A DNA stretch of 61,742 bases, filler included, from Platydemus manokwari (Eukaryota), in assembly GCA_037951405.1 (NCBI GenBank). It is 6 parts of 6 records of this genome, joined end to end, with 100 filler letters (N's around TTAATTAATTAA, not from the genome) between each part and the next. Parts side by side here need not be neighbours in the genome. Positions count along the whole stretch, not along the records: positions 8,951 to 21,601 come from JBBMOY010031124.1; positions 21,702 to 31,386 come from JBBMOY011217988.1; 4 more parts are not named here. One strand, 5' to 3'. The translations under genes and the position numbers were made by a program. The notes beneath the pieces are model-generated. The model had not been told where the DNA came from. It did not search any database and saw nothing but the letters and a program-made list of their open reading frames with translations. Shown one piece after another: positions 11,791 to 26,596 of this stretch; positions within the stretch are counted from its first letter, which is position 1, and the number at the start of each line of letters is the position of its first letter.

Positions 11791-14700
11791 GTATCCCATG
11801 GTTTCTGTAAGCATTTTTGATCAGTTCTGTATACTAGAAAAAATAATTAAGCACAAAAATTGGCTAATCAGAGTCGACAGAATTAGCTGAAAAATAAAAA
11901 GCAGAAAGCTACTACTTTAAAGACTTATAAATCAACAACTATAATTTAACAGTTAGATCGGTATTGATGAGTGATTGCTAGCAAGAACAAATATTTTTTC
12001 TAAATGCTCATACGCTCCATGGACCGAGAGACAGGAATTATGTAAAGATCACTATGGAATGTTGTATTGTAAGAATAACCATCAAAATAACTTAAAATAA
12101 ACAAGCAACGTGTGAATATTCAAGTATAATGAGTATTTACTGGCAACTACATTGTAAGATAAAACACAGATGACTGAACAAAACGATTTTATTCATTTGT
12201 CTTAATACTTTTCATCAGAAGTGTTTGCTCTTCTTCTTCTGTACAAAAGGATATCAACATTTATTGAAAAATTGCATTGACGTTGAGCAAAATGAAAGTG
12301 ATTATTGATCAAAAGCTTCAGTGAATTGTTATAACTGTAATCCAATGTTTAAGTATTAATGAGTCCAAAATAATACAATAACTATAAAATTAAAATGAAT
12401 AAAAATAAAAAGTAAAATATAATAAAAAAATAAATATTGAAAATTAAAAATAAAAGATAAATCCATATAATGCGACGAAATTACTATGAAAATAATTGTG
12501 TTATTTAAAATAAGGTTAGTTTATATAATTATATTGGTTAAACCAGTGAGTAAGAGCAATTACAGAAAATACTAAACTTATTTCATAATTTAAAGTCGAG
12601 AATAACAGTTTTCAATTACAAAGATGAAAATTGGTAAAGTTCATCCTGTAGAAACTTCGAACGACAGAATGCAAACAGAAGGGATATGCATGAGATAACT
12701 ATATTGAGTGAGGTAGCTCTTTATGTTCTCTATTTCAAAGAGAAGAATATTAAAGGTAATATGATTAATTGTAGTGTAACAAACCTTTCACCAAGCATAG
12801 TTGTGAAGAAATAAAGTATCGTACAGCAGCTGTAACTAATTCACAGTGAGCTTATTAGTAACTTAGTGTAATATTGAGTTGTAATATCAGCCAGGAGTAA
12901 ATTCTGATTTAAATTAATAAAAGGCAAATAAAATACCAAAGAGATCAATAAGTCTTCATATAAGTTGTCGAACGTCGAGGCTACTGAAGATCAATTTATT
13001 TAGGTTAAAATACTATTTGAGTGTCGAAAAGAACTCTGAGGGATAATAAAAGAGGTAAATAGTGAGTATCAATATATATTTATTTTTAGTCAAAGCCATT
13101 AACATAATAAATAAGGAGATGACATAATTTTTGTTTATCTTAACAAATCTCTGACTATAGGATATACTGTAATCTGAGTTTTCCTAAATGGTGTGGTGTG
13201 TTCAATATAATATTTTCATAAATGAGAACTATAGTTCAAAGATACCACAAGTCGCTATATTTTTTACTAGATTTTTCAATAAATAGTGGATTTTGATGAC
13301 ATTTTAGCTCATTAAAATCGTAAAAAACTTTAAATCCACCAATTCACAACTCATTGCCTTGTAAATTCGAATCAATGGTAATTCCACTCAACTTTGCCGT
13401 AATATTAAAACAGGGCCATTTATGGATTTTGTTTCCTCATCAACACATCCCTAAGATCACATGTTATTCTTATTCTCCGCTATGAATATTTGTTGTGCAA
13501 TGTATTTGATAGATTTTTTAAATTATATTTTCACTTCACAATATAAATCATTTATCATTCAAAATAAGATTTATGATGAATTATTATCAAACTTTTTCCT
13601 TAAAGACAATCGTGAATTTATACGAGTCTCTAACTATCTATGATAGAAACGAAGATGTTTTAATAAATCTGTTAGTGAAATCTTACCGACATTTTGCCGC
13701 TTACAATAAAAGTGGAAATTTTCACCTGGATGCAAGATATTTTGAGAATTTTCCTACACACGAATAGCTGCATATATATATAATGTATTACTAATATGAT
13801 TATATTTTTGATTAATCCTTTCGCTGTTTCGATGATATAATTCAGACTTAGAGCTGAAATTATAAATATCAAATAATTTTCTGATAATTTAATTTTCTAT
13901 TATAATCATTGCGAGGAAATAAATTTATTAAATGATAAAATTTCCAGTCGATGTGAGTTATTGATCCACATTTACAATGTGACAACAATGGCTCATCAAC
14001 ATTTCATAAAATTCATTGGTCAAACAAGAAAATCCATGATTTGTAAATATTTATTTAAAAATTTCATTTCTGAATTCATTTTCAATTTGGAGATAAACTT
14101 GTTTATCAATAAGAAATCTAATCGACAAATCAGTTAAAAAATCGAATCAATAAAAATCTAGATTTCCACTTGTTTTCAACAAGTGAGAGAAATCAGAAAA
14201 TTAACAAAAGACAATTTGAATGAAATGTCGATTTCGTTGTATTGCAACATATTTTTGAGATGGTAAAATGATGAAGATAGAAATTGTTCTTTGAATATTG
14301 TTGGGAAAATCATAAAGGAATTCTAAAATTAAATATAAAATAAATACATTTAAAGGAAAATGAACTTTATATAAACTCTATAAAATAATATTTATATCAA
14401 AACAACACAATTAATTGTTATTAACGAGTATATTTTATTAAAGAGTAACCCAGCAAGGACGTACTTTGGAACTCATGATAAATGCAATGACTTTTTGAAT
14501 TTCAGTAATATTTTATTGCCATTTATATTATCAGGCTTGTATGTACTTTATAAATAATTAATATATTAATTACGTCATTATTGTTAAATAAAAGTATAGT
14601 TATTATCTACAATTATCATTCTAAGAAGCAACACGGATTTCAATTTGTTCGGCATTTGGAATCGTGAACTCAAGCATGGCAGCAAATAATGCTTTATATT

Positions 14701-15029
14701 TTATTACTTGTTAGATTTTTAGTTTCTTTGAGGCTTGTTGGTAATTTTAGCCACAATATAATAATCCGTATTATTTATTTATTGGTGGATAATTTAATAT
14801 CTATATTAGCGAAATGAATAGCTTATGATACGATAATTACTAAAACTCAAAATTCCAATTATAAAATTACAGTTCGTAAAAGTCCAATAAGGTCGTCAAC
14901 GCACAACACTCAAGGATCACAAATCAAAGGTACTATAAGAAAAATTTTCAAAATTCAAAAAAAGCCAGCACTTGAAAAATAAAAATAATGAAAAAATTAA
15001 CCTATCAAGAAGACCGGTAGTTGTCTTCC

Positions 15030-15220
15030 TTTATCGACTTTTCGTGAGTGGCAACTCTGCTTTTCATTATTGGAATCGTCTGAAAACTAGCTTATGGAAA
15101 TATTTCCTTCTATCTTTATGCTATTGATGTATCTCGATATTCGTTGCTTGTTGCTGATGCGAGTCAATTGACAATCAAAATTTAATCAGAAATTGATAAT
15201 TTAAAGGTCTATGATTGGCT
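15030..15220 (+). repeat. Dispersed repeat, diverged direct copy of about 11590-11790
   Basis: Same collinear blocks as 11590-11790. Confidence 0.75.
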
Positions 15221-16169
15221 ACTGATAGGTCTGCTTACCGTATTTATGAATATTCCGAAAATTATTTTTATAGTGTCAATAGATATTCTTGGTCGATTAG
15301 TCACATATTCCAAACTGTTATTTTCAAGAGGCCGATAAATCATATAAAGGGCTGAAATAGGACTACTAATAACAATTTTGAAACCTCAAAAATTGTTATT
15401 TTATTTTTATTGAAATTTTTTTAACAACCTCAAAGAAGTATAAACAAATACAAATGAATCATAAACACAAACACAACTGCTGTTTAAAACACAACTGTTT
15501 AAAATCTCTCGAAAAATAAGCCATTATCGCAAAAGTTTATTATAAATATTTGATCAAATTATTTTATTTAAATTTAATTTATTACTCGTTTAATACTTTC
15601 ATTATCTAAATTTATTATTATAAATATATTATTAAATCTGAATGAATGGCTTTCTACAAAACACATTTAAATTATTAAATTAGCAATTTCAAATAATCCA
15701 AAATAATTTATACGGCTCAGACACCAACCAGCTTATAAAAATAAGTTAAATTATAAAACAGATCACAGTGGTGATAGGGACGTAAATAATCTATAGCGAT
15801 CTTTAGGTGTTTGAGTTTTGGGAAACAGATCTTTATACAATCTTACATAATGCTTGATGGATAGAATTGATTTTGTATTATAAGCGTTGTAAAAATTATT
15901 TTGTACTTTTCATTTATTAACTTACCTATTATTAAATAATTATTCTATAAAACAAAGCAATTACTTATTCAGTAATTTACTTAATTGAGGTTATTATTAT
16001 CAACCACTAGAATTAATAAAATAATCATTTTAAATATTAATTATTCAGTGGAAACACCAAAAATGGCAATATTTAAGGTATTTTTAAAGGATATTGTTGG
16101 ATCCTTTAAACCCTGACTCAAAAATAGAAGGCTAATATTATATTTTTCTTATGTACTGTTCAGTACAGC

Positions 16170-16400
16170 ACCACTTAAAATATACTTCACAAAATATCAA
16201 CCAAAACTTGACTTTCAACTGGCAGTTGGCCGTCTTTATATCTATCTTTATATTCGCAATCTGTGTGTCATTTATGTGTCATGTAATATCATATTTTGAT
16301 TCGATATTTGCATTTTCCATGTCCTTATTGGGTTTTTAAGTTTTTGCATGAATGGAATTGGTCAATCCCTATATGTGCGTTGTTGTGTGGCTATGCCCAT
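16170..16400 (+). repeat. Dispersed repeat, inverted diverged copy at about 50380-50600
   Basis: TGGCAGTTGGCCGTCTTTATATC vs reverse complement TGGCAGCTGGTCATCTTTACATC; GGAATTGGTCA..TATGTGCGTTGTTGTG vs GGATTGGTCA..TATGTGTGAGTTATTGTG. Confidence 0.6.
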
Positions 16401-16859
16401 TTTTCCAATTGTCATTTACCATCTGACTTCACTATGATTAGCTGATTGCTAAGCCTGTATGATTGTGTAGGCTACAAATATTTAAAGTGTTTAAACAAGG
16501 GTTCCAAGTTGCAAATCCGTTATTCTTTTTGCAGAATTTCATCTCATTTAACAATATGTATTTAACATATTGTTTTGTTAATTTAAAAAGAAAATAAATA
16601 ACCATTGAATATTATTTTCGTTTTCAAGTAATTTCGATACATGACGAATAACAATTTTTTCTTAATTTTTACCAAAGACATCTTATTCATCACAAACTAG
16701 TTTGATAGAATCCTTTCGTCAACATTGCATTGTTAAAATCATTTGAAACGCTCTCTTATGTTCTCGTTTTAAATGCGAATGGAAAATGAACTGAAAATGA
16801 AACTGAAAAGATGAAAAGAAAACAGAGGATATCTTGCCGATGGCCTTGGAACATTAAGA

Positions 16860-17900
16860 ATTCCTATGCAATAACGTCTTCAAATTCGACTGTATTTCAC
16901 TCTCTCAAAAAACCTTATAAAAGATTTTCCTTCGATGCATTTTCATTTGTAGCGAAATATTAAAAAAAATTGTTTCACTTCTTTTTATTTTCTTCAATCA
17001 CGAACGAGACTTTTTCCTTCGATTTCATCTAAAGAACATCTACATTTAAAATGATTTATTTTTTTATTATCAAAAGGAATTTCAAAAATATTTCTTTGAA
17101 TAGAAAATCAAAAATTATGAGACCATTCGTCGGTTATAATTTCAGTTGGAAATTTGTAATATCTGATTCTAAATTTATCTTGCTATTGCTTGCATCGTAT
17201 TTTCTAACTTTCTTCCACACCAATATTAAAACGGAAATGATTAAAATCATGTACATAATATCCATCATTATTCCATGAATTAAAAATAATTTATCAATGT
17301 TATCAAACTTGTTTTGATTCATCCAATTAATTTCGACGAGGTTTGGAATTTCTTTTCCATATTTTTCAATAAATTGAATACCTTTGGGTTGTTCTGTGAT
17401 TACAGAACTCATGACATCATATTGATAATTTAATAGATATATTTAATCGATTATTTATTATTGAAGTCATAAAGCATTTCGATAATAAAATGATGTTGAA
17501 ATTTTTTCTTGATCATTTAATATTTCATATAATTGGGGTTTATACTTGGATTAATTATAGATAACATATGAACTATTGAAGAAGCTAATGAAAAACTATG
17601 AATGGCATTTGATATTGAAATTGTATTGAAATTATCGGTAATAAGAAATCAAATACAGTCGAAATCTGTAAATATTTTCTCGATCGATCACTTCTATACC
17701 TGGATAATGTGATTTTAAACCAAATTAAAAAGAAATTAATTAGTCGAAAGTTAATATCAAATAGATTTTCAATTATCGTGATATTAATTGAGCAAAAAGA
17801 CTTGAAATTAGTCATTGTTATTAAGATTCCCATCGCTGACTGGCACACACACACCAAGGAATAAGTACCACAGCACTTCATAATAAATAGAAAACCAAGG
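16860..17900 (-). pseudogene. Decayed intronless single-pass membrane protein gene, possibly Ig-like
   Basis: Frameshifted pieces with beta-rich Cys segments (GTYSLVC; KCFMTSIINNRLNISIKL), a TM with basic stop-transfer (IMYMILIISVLILVWKKVRK) and a cytoplasmic part with repeated IEGKS; many stops. Confidence 0.3.
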
Positions 17901-18568
17901 AGTTAACAAATAAAAGGTTACCATTGGATTAGACAAAGATCTAAAACACCTCCAGCATATGAAAATTAGGCATGTCTTATCGACTTAATCTACAGATTTT
18001 GCTCTATAAAATGGACTGAATTGCTTTTGTTCTCATTATTGGTCTTGTCGGTATTTTATTTGTGAATCATACCGATTTTAATTCATCTTCCCGTTGGAGT
18101 ACCTGTTATGTAATTCGTTAACTGACTTTGATCTCGTGAACTTCTATTTGACTAAATTTTAGCTTTGTGTGTGAAGCAAAATAGTAAAAAATAATCAATC
18201 AATAGAAGTCGACCTGAGATTTCAATCCCACTGAGTCGCGCAGTATTGCTTATGTTAAATAAATATATGTATTTTTTCTAACGACAACAAATCTTATTTT
18301 TATTATTCATCGTTATCCTAGGGTAGTCATGAATGAAATCAAAACTTATTTTTATTAAAATATGGGTATAATATAATAGTTTCGATTTTGCATAGACAAA
18401 ATGTCATTCAGGAAAATGGAATTAGATTTCTAAATATAATTAGATAACAAATAATGCATCTGTTGCTTCAAATGATTAGAGTCATTAGTTATAAAGCAGG
18501 GAATAATTGCACGTGAATAATTTCATGTGGAGAAATGAGTAAAAAACAATTCAAATATGTGATATGAA

Positions 18569-19347
18569 TGTTGGGATCCGAATCCATAATGAGTCACACA
18601 GTGACATATTACGCCCACAAACATAGCCATATAATTAAAAATTCATAAATAAATGAAAATCCTATAAATAGAATCTATTAATTACAAAAATAGATCAGAA
18701 AACAAAAATAGGATTTTAAAATTCCAGAAATAGAAAAATCGTGATTGGTTACAGTTATAACGAAAATTAGTATAAAGGCAGCTGGAGAAATAGGACAAAT
18801 CACCAAAAAGTTTACTGTAAATCACCACTCATCAGACTACAAGCACAGTCATCTAGCAGAAAAACGACGATAGCGTAGCAGTAAGAGAAAATTAGTCACA
18901 GCAAGCAGTATTAATCAGCGACAAGACAAACAGGAAAATTTCCTCTACAAGCCAATCAATTAAGCAGCGAAGTACATACCGAATTATTGATTGATTTTCA
19001 TACCGTGTCGATAGATTCGGTATTAACTAAATATCTCTTCGTTTTGCTCCTACCTTTTTTAATAGTTTTTACTCATTGTGCGGTTCACCCGTATCGTGAG
19101 TTTTGCCCTCTGGTTAAGTGAGACACTTCGCCAGTTCCTTGTTAACACATCTATATTAAATCAATCTTGTTTATTTATTATTGTAGTGATTTTGATTAAT
19201 AATTATATTTTCAGTATCATCTTGTTATTGTCATTCATTATATTGTTATTTATAACCTACCTATAACCTACTTCAAACGAACGCAGTCAATCGTCTGGAG
19301 GCTGGTTAGCATTCTAAGCGAGAATCTTCATAACCAATAAACCAACA
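18569..19347 (+). mobile_element. Candidate solo LTR, about 780 bp
   Basis: TGTTGG...CCAACA termini, internal TATAAA (18771), non-coding and GC-richer; start TGTTGGGATC matches positions 80-89. No TSD found. Confidence 0.35.
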
Positions 19348-21601
19348 ACAACTATTAACACAATAGAAAACCAATATGAAATTTGAAATAAAAGTTTGGA
19401 ACTCAAAATAATTATAAAAATTTTCAATTACAATAATCTAAAAATGCGATTGATTCTCATTGTTTTGTCAAATAAACTCAAGGACATAGAAAACTTGAGA
19501 CAACACCGTGACTATAAACAGTTTCTCAAAAAGGTTAATATAAATATTTAATGTGATAAAAAATAGTAACACACACAAATTACAAAAAGTAGCTATATAT
19601 GGGAATAAAATGTCAACAAATCTTTACGTATAACGAACTCGCATAGAGGAAAAGAAAATAATTGTTGCACGGCACATTCATCAAGGCACATTATTTTACA
19701 ATATGTTTCATTTTTTATAGCTTATTATCTCATCACAAGATTTAAGGCGTAAATTTACAATCCACAAATTACTTTTGTGATTATCGAACCAATTCACACT
19801 GAAGAAGACTTTCATTTTTATTTTAAACAGAAGAAATTTATTATTTGCCAATTTTCAGCACACCGCATGATAAGTAATTTCATATTTCTATTCAAACCAT
19901 CAGCTATTTCCAGTACTGTGCGATTCATTCTAATTGATATTGAATTCTACTCTAAATTCTCCGCTTACATTTTTTCTACTAAGTTAGGCATACTTGAATT
20001 CTTTCACTACAAAGTCCAGCTTTCCACAGTACCAGTTATTTATCAAAATCATAGTTTAGCTTTGCTTTATATATATATATATATATTTATTTTAGATATT
20101 TGTTTTTTTTTAAATTATCTCTTATGTTATCATGTATTTTTCAGGTAAATAGGGATATTTTATTCCAGGCCACTAATCATTTAGATTGTTATAAATCATA
20201 GTTTATTATCAAACACAAAAATATTTTTAAAAAAGTGTAGGATTTAAGTAGGGGAAAACTCTGGATCATAATATATTATAAAATCAGCAAATTTTTATGG
20301 AACCCCAACATACAGTTTATTGAAATAAGGGCCTTTGATCTCTCAATATCTCAAGGAAAAGTTAAATTTGAAATAATTTTCTCATTGTTCCACTTTAGTA
20401 ATGACAATGTTGTGAATAATAATTATTAGATAAAGCAATAGCTAAAATTAATGAAAACCGATAACAGAAAACGTAGAAATTTCTCCATGAAACCACTTAG
20501 AGAGCCACACAAATATCTTCACCAACAAACAATCAATAATATTTTAGAATAGAAAAATGTGTTCCACTGAAATAAAATAATCAAAAAAAGTTTAAAAACT
20601 GCACTTATACAGCTTATGTCTTTTTTATTGTTATTTTTGGTATAATTCTAACAGCAGAAAACGGCTAATAAGATGTTTTTCAGATTGAATTTTATGTAGG
20701 GAAAAGATCTATTTCGTGAAATACATCACAATTCAAAGGTTGGTGATCGGTTTTTGTTTTCATTGATTTCCAATTGACCCAGAATGTGATCTCAGAGTAT
20801 ATATTTACAACACAAAATTCAAACACCACTCGAACTCAAATATTTTCATCGCAACAGCTAAAGATAAAAATTATGATATTATTATCCAACCCTCATAAAA
20901 ATTGATAGTAAACTGATAAAAGTTAATTGAAAAACTAAATACAAACAGTGAGATGCGTCTTAAATTGACTGATTAATAGAAGGAGTATTAGCCCCCGGTC
21001 ACCATTAATCAATTTTGAGCTTGTAAATTGTATTTAAATTTTTCATAAATTACTTCATATTCTTGTACCGTTGGTAACCGCTGTTATTTATTTAAAATTT
21101 CGAATTGATCAAAAAATTAAAATTTCATCAAAAACTGAATTATTACAAAAAAAACAAAAGGGGTTTCCTTAAAAAAATTTAAAATAACATAAAAACCCCG
21201 CAAATATATAAAATTACTTTACCTAAAATTTCAGGGAGCGAAATAAAAGAACTACTTTCCTAATTTCGAGCAAATAATTCTGTTAAATACAAATCTATGC
21301 GAAGTTATTTTAAATAAAAATTCCGATTCCCGGATTGAGCAATTTGTTTGGTAAACTAATATTCAGCACATATTGAGTGTGTATTACAGAAAATAGCATA
21401 TAAACTGAAGATAAAATGTTTATTGTTGCCATAACACAAAAAAACCATAACATAATTATATAACATGTTTATTAATATTTACAATAAATTACCAAGTTCG
21501 TAGAAGTCGCGAAGATTTTGAATTGTACAGTAGATGTAACTTAAAAGAACTTGATATATTTGCCATAGAATAAAATAATGATACTGTTGGGTACTAAATA
21601 C

Positions 21602-21701
21602 NNNNNNNNNNNNNNNNNNNNNNNNNNNNNNNNNNNNNNNNNNNNTTAATTAATTAANNNNNNNNNNNNNNNNNNNNNNNNNNNNNNNNNNNNNNNNNNN
21701 N
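21602..21701. other. Artificial contig spacer
   Basis: 44N-TTAATTAATTAA-44N. Confidence 0.98.
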
Positions 21702-23469
21702 ATACTATATAAATTTTGCAATTCGCTTGGAATTCCTTTATTTACTGGTTACTAGTTTGTTGGTGCCCTCAGAGTATAGCATAGCCCTATTTTTATTTAA
21801 TAAATTTGTTTATTTAATTATATTATTTCAGAATTTCTGTGTAAATTTAGCGTATTTAAACAAATTTGTATTTTTTTAAGTAAATTTTTATTTTCGTTAT
21901 TATTATTATTTTATGTGTTCTATTTGCTATCCGATTTTAGTTTAGCATCATTTTAGGTTTATTTTTATTAAAAATTTTAATTATTTTTCATATTGTTATT
22001 CCTTACTGCACTGACAAATACAAATATACATAGATAATTAAGGAAGGACTTGGGATGTACATTAATTCAAGATAAGGATAACAGACAAAATCAAAACGAA
22101 TCATAAATAAATCTATGCATACCCGTAGTTGAACTCCTCCTGGTTTGTGGAGTTCCCACCAACTCGATGTCTCGATCATTGCATTATCTGGGATTGCCGG
22201 TTCTGTTTTGATATTTTTCTTTCTTTCACTTCGGCCGACATTTTCAGGATTATCCCCTTCCAGATAAATTACTCCATTCAAATTTCATTAGTCATCTAAT
22301 TCGATTCGTTGTTTTATATATGTATGGAATCTCCACATTTACGATTTTTTAAGGTGATTGAAATCTCCAATTCATTACAACATCATATTAAATAGATATT
22401 AATACCTGAAGAGAGGAGAAAGCAAAAAATATCGAGCGTTATTAAAAGTGAAACTTGTTTTTTGTCCTAAAAATTTACCATGAATTATAAAATGTATTTT
22501 GTAATTAACAGTGTATTAGACCCAGCCCAGCCCCTACCTAACTAATCAATAAAACACTTATTTTATTTTAAAACAAATATATAACATTACATCTATTATT
22601 TTATTTAGTTTATTTAAATTTAATATCGTTTACATCATTTTGTTACACTGCGTTCTGGAGTCAGGAATTACAAGTTTATAAATTATAATAAATTAAAAAC
22701 CTTCTGAAGTCTCAAAACCAGGCAAAACATAACAATACATTTCCAGTGTACTCTCGTAACAATCATAACTATATACCATTCTTAATTTCATCCAAAAAGA
22801 TATGGATAAGGATATAATATTTTGATCGACTGATGGATAATGAGATTTTTAATTGTATACTACCAATATTCACCACAGCAACCGGACTTGGTATTAATTA
22901 TCATCGCTCTAATTGCTAGACAAAGAAAATAGGCTAAAGTTCAAAAAAGAGATTCTAAAATAAAATTTAAAATCTACTGAATTTGTTGCAAAATTCTTTA
23001 TAATTTTTTGAAGATATTCTTTAGAAACCTTTTGAATTTTATTTTTAAGTACTTAAGAAGAGTTTCAGTTGATTGATATAAAATATTAAATTGACTAGAG
23101 CTTCAAAACCACGTAAAATTTTTTGATCATTTGAAAAAGAGATCACCATGAGTCGAATTGCAATTTATTGAAAATAAGCGAGGACCCCTTTTTTTAACAT
23201 TGGAAGCAAATTGAGAGATGTTCTAATTTTTTGCAATTATTTTATAAAAATAAGCAATGATATTATTAAACATATCTGTAATTAACGACCAAGATTTATA
23301 ACATCCCAAAAGTTAGATATTAACTGAATTATACGAATAAATCAAATATTATTATCAAATATAAAATTAAGTTATAAAATTATATCATACGCGAAAATTC
23401 ATTATAAACTCCAATTAAATATTGAAAACACTATTGCTATAGAATTAAAATTCTCTTTAAAAAACATAT

Positions 23470-23903
23470 TACTAACTTGTTGAGGTTACCTCTGTCAGAA
23501 AAGCAGTTTTAAAGCCTTGAACATATTATATTTAATGATAGAAAATAAAGTAAATCAACTGTATCCTTCTCTGCCATATATATTATTATTTGCTTGGTTA
23601 TTGACAAGCTGTCAAGTAGTACAATCAGCCATTTATCCACTTTACTGTGATAACAAGATCCTGTGTAATAATGTTACATATTATTTGAACAGTTTGGACA
23701 TTTACCTTATTTATATCTCCATTGCTATTTCCGTCAACAACTTTGCCACTAGTCCAATTATTAAATACATTAGATGCAAATGTAAGTCGGTGTCGTGAAA
23801 GTAGAGCTGGATAAATTAATAGATAAATATAATAAATGAAAATTTTTGTTACCAAATCGCTCATGGCACCCGATATCAAATAGAACAACTTTATGATATA
23901 CAA
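23470..23903 (-). pseudogene. Truncated tandem paralog of the F-type lectin gene at 25629-26596
   Basis: Homologous exons (LLSRHRLTFASN..KVVDG; SCYHSKVDKWLIVLL) but ATG is TTG, introns 1 and 2 have phase mismatches, and exon 4 is truncated with no CELEVYG or PAN exons. Confidence 0.8.
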
Positions 23904-25628
23904 GAGGAAATAATAATTTCAATTAGATTCTTTGAATAATATAGGATATGAGTATCAGAAAAAAACGTCACCTCAAACAATATTGCCAGTGATTTGAAAC
24001 TTTGTCAATAATGCCGTTGTGTAACAACAAAACACTCTTTGAATAAAATAAATATCAAGCGGCATTGACAATTCAATCAATAATAGGAATTAATAAATTA
24101 TTAATATTAATTTTATTACTATTATTATTATTATCATTTATTAATTATTTAATTAATTAATCCAGTTCCTGATGTACTAAGATCAATTCGAATCATTTTT
24201 AAAGTACCGCGGTTATTTTGAATTTATAGAATTTTCCTCTTAAAAATCTGAAGTTTTTGTTACATTTTCATAATTTTCTACGTTATATTTGCGCATTTTT
24301 ATTAATCTTTTATATTGTTCTGTGCAATTCACATTTCACAGAAAAAATACGCCACTAGAAAGCTCTTTTTGTCCACTTCCAGTATTGATAATGGCCATAT
24401 CATAAATTTCATTTTATCTCGCTGAAAATCTCGCTCAAATCTATTTTTAATTCAAAAACTTGTATAAGTCTGCATAAATGTCAGTGTTATTTAATTTCCA
24501 TTTGTTTCAATAATTATAATATTGGAGCCTATTTGCATTGAAGAAATTGAAATACAGACTTTCATAATAGGATTGTTTTAGTCATCATAGGACACCAATG
24601 ATATGGTTCAAGGTAACTTAGAGAACACTTCTGTACATGAAAGTAAACTTAATATTCAAGAGAATTGATAGGAAACAATAATATCGAGTGAAAACTTTTG
24701 TCAAGTTTTCACATTCACTATATATCACATTTCTCTATGGTAACAATGACCTGGACAACAATAAACGACATGTTTTAATAAATTTTCATAAATGCATTCT
24801 ATGATTACTGATCACAAGTATTATCACCATATTATCGATATTCAATATCATCACTATTATTATAGGTATCTCTATCATTTGACGTAATTGATATTTAAAT
24901 CGACATGGGAATTTATTGATTATTAATACCTGTCTTATCGAAACAGAATTTCTTTTTTACTCGTTTTGAAAGCATATCAGAATCACGTTTGATAAGTTCC
25001 TCCTATCATTGTGCCACGCAATTTGAATTTAAATTTATAAATGTTAAAATTGTCCACTTTGTCAATCTTATTGCGGGAATATATTTAACGATCTTAAATA
25101 CCACGACAGTAAATTTCAAATCTTTGTCTAGATGTTCATTACACCTACCCGGACGTCAGCAACTATGTTTACGTTTACTATAGTGCTGAGAGCTTATAAG
25201 CTGACCTTACTTCGCTAATAGAAAATCCAGTTAAACATGTTATTTAGCATATTCATATGTGGTGATATAATCTTCTTTAAATGTAATCAATTTTAAATGT
25301 TTCAAATACTCTGATTTCTATAGCTATCATTTTCAAATTGCATTTATCATCAAATCATAAGCATCACTGATCAATAAATCTTGAAATGATATATCGAATC
25401 TCTATCCTTGATTAACAATTATTTTAACATCTAACTCAATATAAGACAACCTCTAAAAAATCAAATCATTTAATGCGATTTATTTTATAAATTAAAATTT
25501 TTTTGACAACATCGATAACAGATAATGATTTTGTTAATATGAGTTAAGAAACAAAAATGTCCAATGCTGATTACGAGTTAATAAGTAAATATTGATTTGG
25601 ATTGAACAATCAATCACTTCATCAATTT

Positions 25629-26596
25629 TTAAAAACTCAGATAAAACCCGGCAGCATTGTTGTAGAGCAGGCATTGATTATCCTCTTCAAAAGTGAACGA
25701 AACACAATTCCATGTTTGTACACAAATTATCGAACAATCTATTTTCGATGTTGCCATGACATTGTCAATACATTTCACATTTTCATATATAGAGATTGGT
25801 CCAAGAAATTGAACTACAATCAATTTTACTCGATAATATTATATATTTATTAATGATCTCACAGGTCATTGAATTCTTTTTTATAAAATCGTAGCCGTAA
25901 ACTTCCAATTCACAAATATTTATTGCATCTTGCTCTCTGGGTTTTGTGACCACAATAGTTCGTGACACCTAAACGTATCAAATATCTAATAAAATAGTTC
26001 AATCAATACAAGTCTCGTCATGTTGATATTGGTTACAATCTCACCATGTGGTGGAGGACCTCGATAATATGTCACATTATAGAATTTAGGTGAAAATTTA
26101 TCGAATCGAGTTAAATTGTCGAAACTTCCGTAAAATGTTAAAAATGCGTTTTGATGGTCTTAAGATAATAATATAAAAAATATATTTAATGATATATCAA
26201 GTTAATTAACTCAAGTCGAGTGAACCCCTTCGGTTGGTTCTGCTATAAATTCGTATTTGAATGATAATCGATAAACGGTCTAGTAGTACCATCCACCATT
26301 TATCCACATTTTTCATTGCACTATGATAACAAAATCCTACGCAATATTAGATATACTTTAATAAAGTGGAACGTTTATCTCTACCGTGTTCCATGATTCC
26401 ATTGTATTTCCCATCAACAGCTTTGTCCTTAGTGTAAGGTAAATAACCATATGAATTCGCTGCAAATGTAGGTCGGTGTCGTGAAAGAAGATCTGAATAA
26501 AATAATCAATAAATTAAATAAACAAAAACTGAAATAGTTATTACTAATTTGACTCACGACACCCGGTATCAAATAACATAAACTGGTGATGTACAT
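25629..26596 (-). CDS. Secreted F-type lectin (fucolectin/FTLD) + C-terminal PAN/apple-like domain; 6 exons (26596-26545, 26492-26385, 26336-26211, 26158-26010, 25968-25863, 25813-25629), 241 aa
   Basis: Five GT-AG introns (52, 48, 52, 41, 49 nt) give an open 726-nt frame. Short hydrophobic leader; FTLD motifs KAVDG, CYH..WWMVLL, IRIYSR, ICELEVYG; PAN pattern CSIICVQTWNCVSFTF..QCLLY. Confidence 0.85.

Noticed and set aside
13461-14330. Short ORFs and coding-like stretches on both strands
   Set aside because: Multiple stops and no motif; cannot be distinguished from decayed or random AT-rich sequence.
16860-17130. Several in-frame TGA codons that read plausibly as Trp (possible stop-codon reassignment)
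   Set aside because: SRSF1, ATG7 and the Ig-like ORF terminate at TGA, and the region also has TAA stops and frameshifts; ordinary pseudogene decay explains it.
22003-22281. 92-aa GC-richer ORF
   Set aside because: TTG start, no recognisable domain, next to repeat-like sequence; likely TE debris.
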